This document shows positions 63,197-64,000 of a stretch of DNA of 64,000 nt, piece after piece. The translations under genes and the position numbers were made by a program. Below the pieces are notes generated by a model. That model saw only the letters and a list, made by a program, of their open reading frames with translations, had not been told where the DNA came from and ran no database searches. This stretch comes from Octopus sinensis (lineage: Eukaryota). Within the stretch, counting starts at the first letter, position 1, and each line of letters starts with the position of its first letter. The stretch covers positions 92,380,001 through 92,444,000 of the forward strand of contig NC_042997.1 in assembly GCF_006345805.1 (NCBI RefSeq), given 5' to 3'.

Positions 63197-64000
63197 GGAG
63201 GGGAAAAATTAAGCAAATAATCAGTTAAGCAAATAATCTTGTTGCTATAATTTCGTTGTTTTATGTTTCACACGACTCAAGAACAAAAGTTACTTGATAA
63301 TATTAGTATATTAAAGGTAATGAACAAAGCTGAGACAATATTATCGTTCAACTGTCGTACAAAGTTGATTTTTCTCTCCATCCTTACAATATCAATAGAC
63401 AAGTACCAGTGATAATCCTTGTTCTGTTGCCAAAATACTTAATATCTACGCTCATTCTCTACGGCACCGCTATCTTGCAAGAGGAAATCTGGCGCTCTGT
63501 AATTTTGTTGATTACACTTTTCATTATGAAACAGTGAAAAGCAACTATTAGATTATGTTGGAATTCAATATATTTTGCCAAAGTGTCACCATCATATAAT
63601 TATTACTACTAACAGGACCCGTAAATATTTCACGGAATTAATGGTAAATTTATTGGATTAGAAGGCGGCGAGCTGGTAGAAACGTTAGCACGCCGGGCGA
63701 AATGCGTAGCCGTATTTCGTCTGCCGCACATGTGTTCGTGAAGTAAGAATTGCTGTTTCGTGGTGTTAATACTGTTAACAACTGTTGTTTCTTGTTAAAC
63801 TGTTGAATAACTTAACTGTTGGAGTTTTCAATTGAAAACACTTAGTGCTTGTGGTAGCACGCGTTGTTCATTCCCCCTTTGGGGGGGAAGAATGTCGTCT
63901 AGCATGGAGCCTACCGTTGGAGCAGAAATACTTGTTTCTCCTGTTGAGAGGAGGAAATACATGTCCGGCGAGGAGCCAACTACAGACAAGGAAATAGGGG

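Overview
This is AT-rich animal genomic DNA. The repeat landscape looks like a cephalopod (Octopus-type); that is inferred from remembered repeat families, not from a search. Bases 1077-32561 (+) hold the last 21 coding exons (840 aa plus stop) of a neuropathy target esterase / swiss cheese gene (PNPLA6/7 family). They encode cyclic-nucleotide-binding repeats and an intact patatin domain (GGGGARG, GTSIG, DGG). All exon phases reconcile by hand, provided one intron has a GC-AG donor. The 5' part of the gene lies upstream of the window. A TE-poor, U-rich stretch follows to about 45 kb and may be a long 3' UTR. Beyond it is a dense intergenic repeat field: RTE LINE fragments, an R4/Dong-type RLE LINE fragment, mariner and Tc1 relics, TTAA-flanked MITEs and several SINE families. 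The strongest second-look items are: (1) a direct-repeat-flanked 213-bp element folding as a minimal type I hammerhead ribozyme with a compensatory G3:C8 core swap (45664-45714); (2) a 90-nt phase-0/0 cassette exon candidate with an in-frame TAA inside the PNPLA gene (27871-27960); (3) a 47-bp perfect hairpin downstream of the gene (43255-43405); (4) a CpG-decay boundary near 46-48 kb; (5) two HDV-like pseudoknot relics. All coordinates and pairings were worked out by eye and no searches were run.
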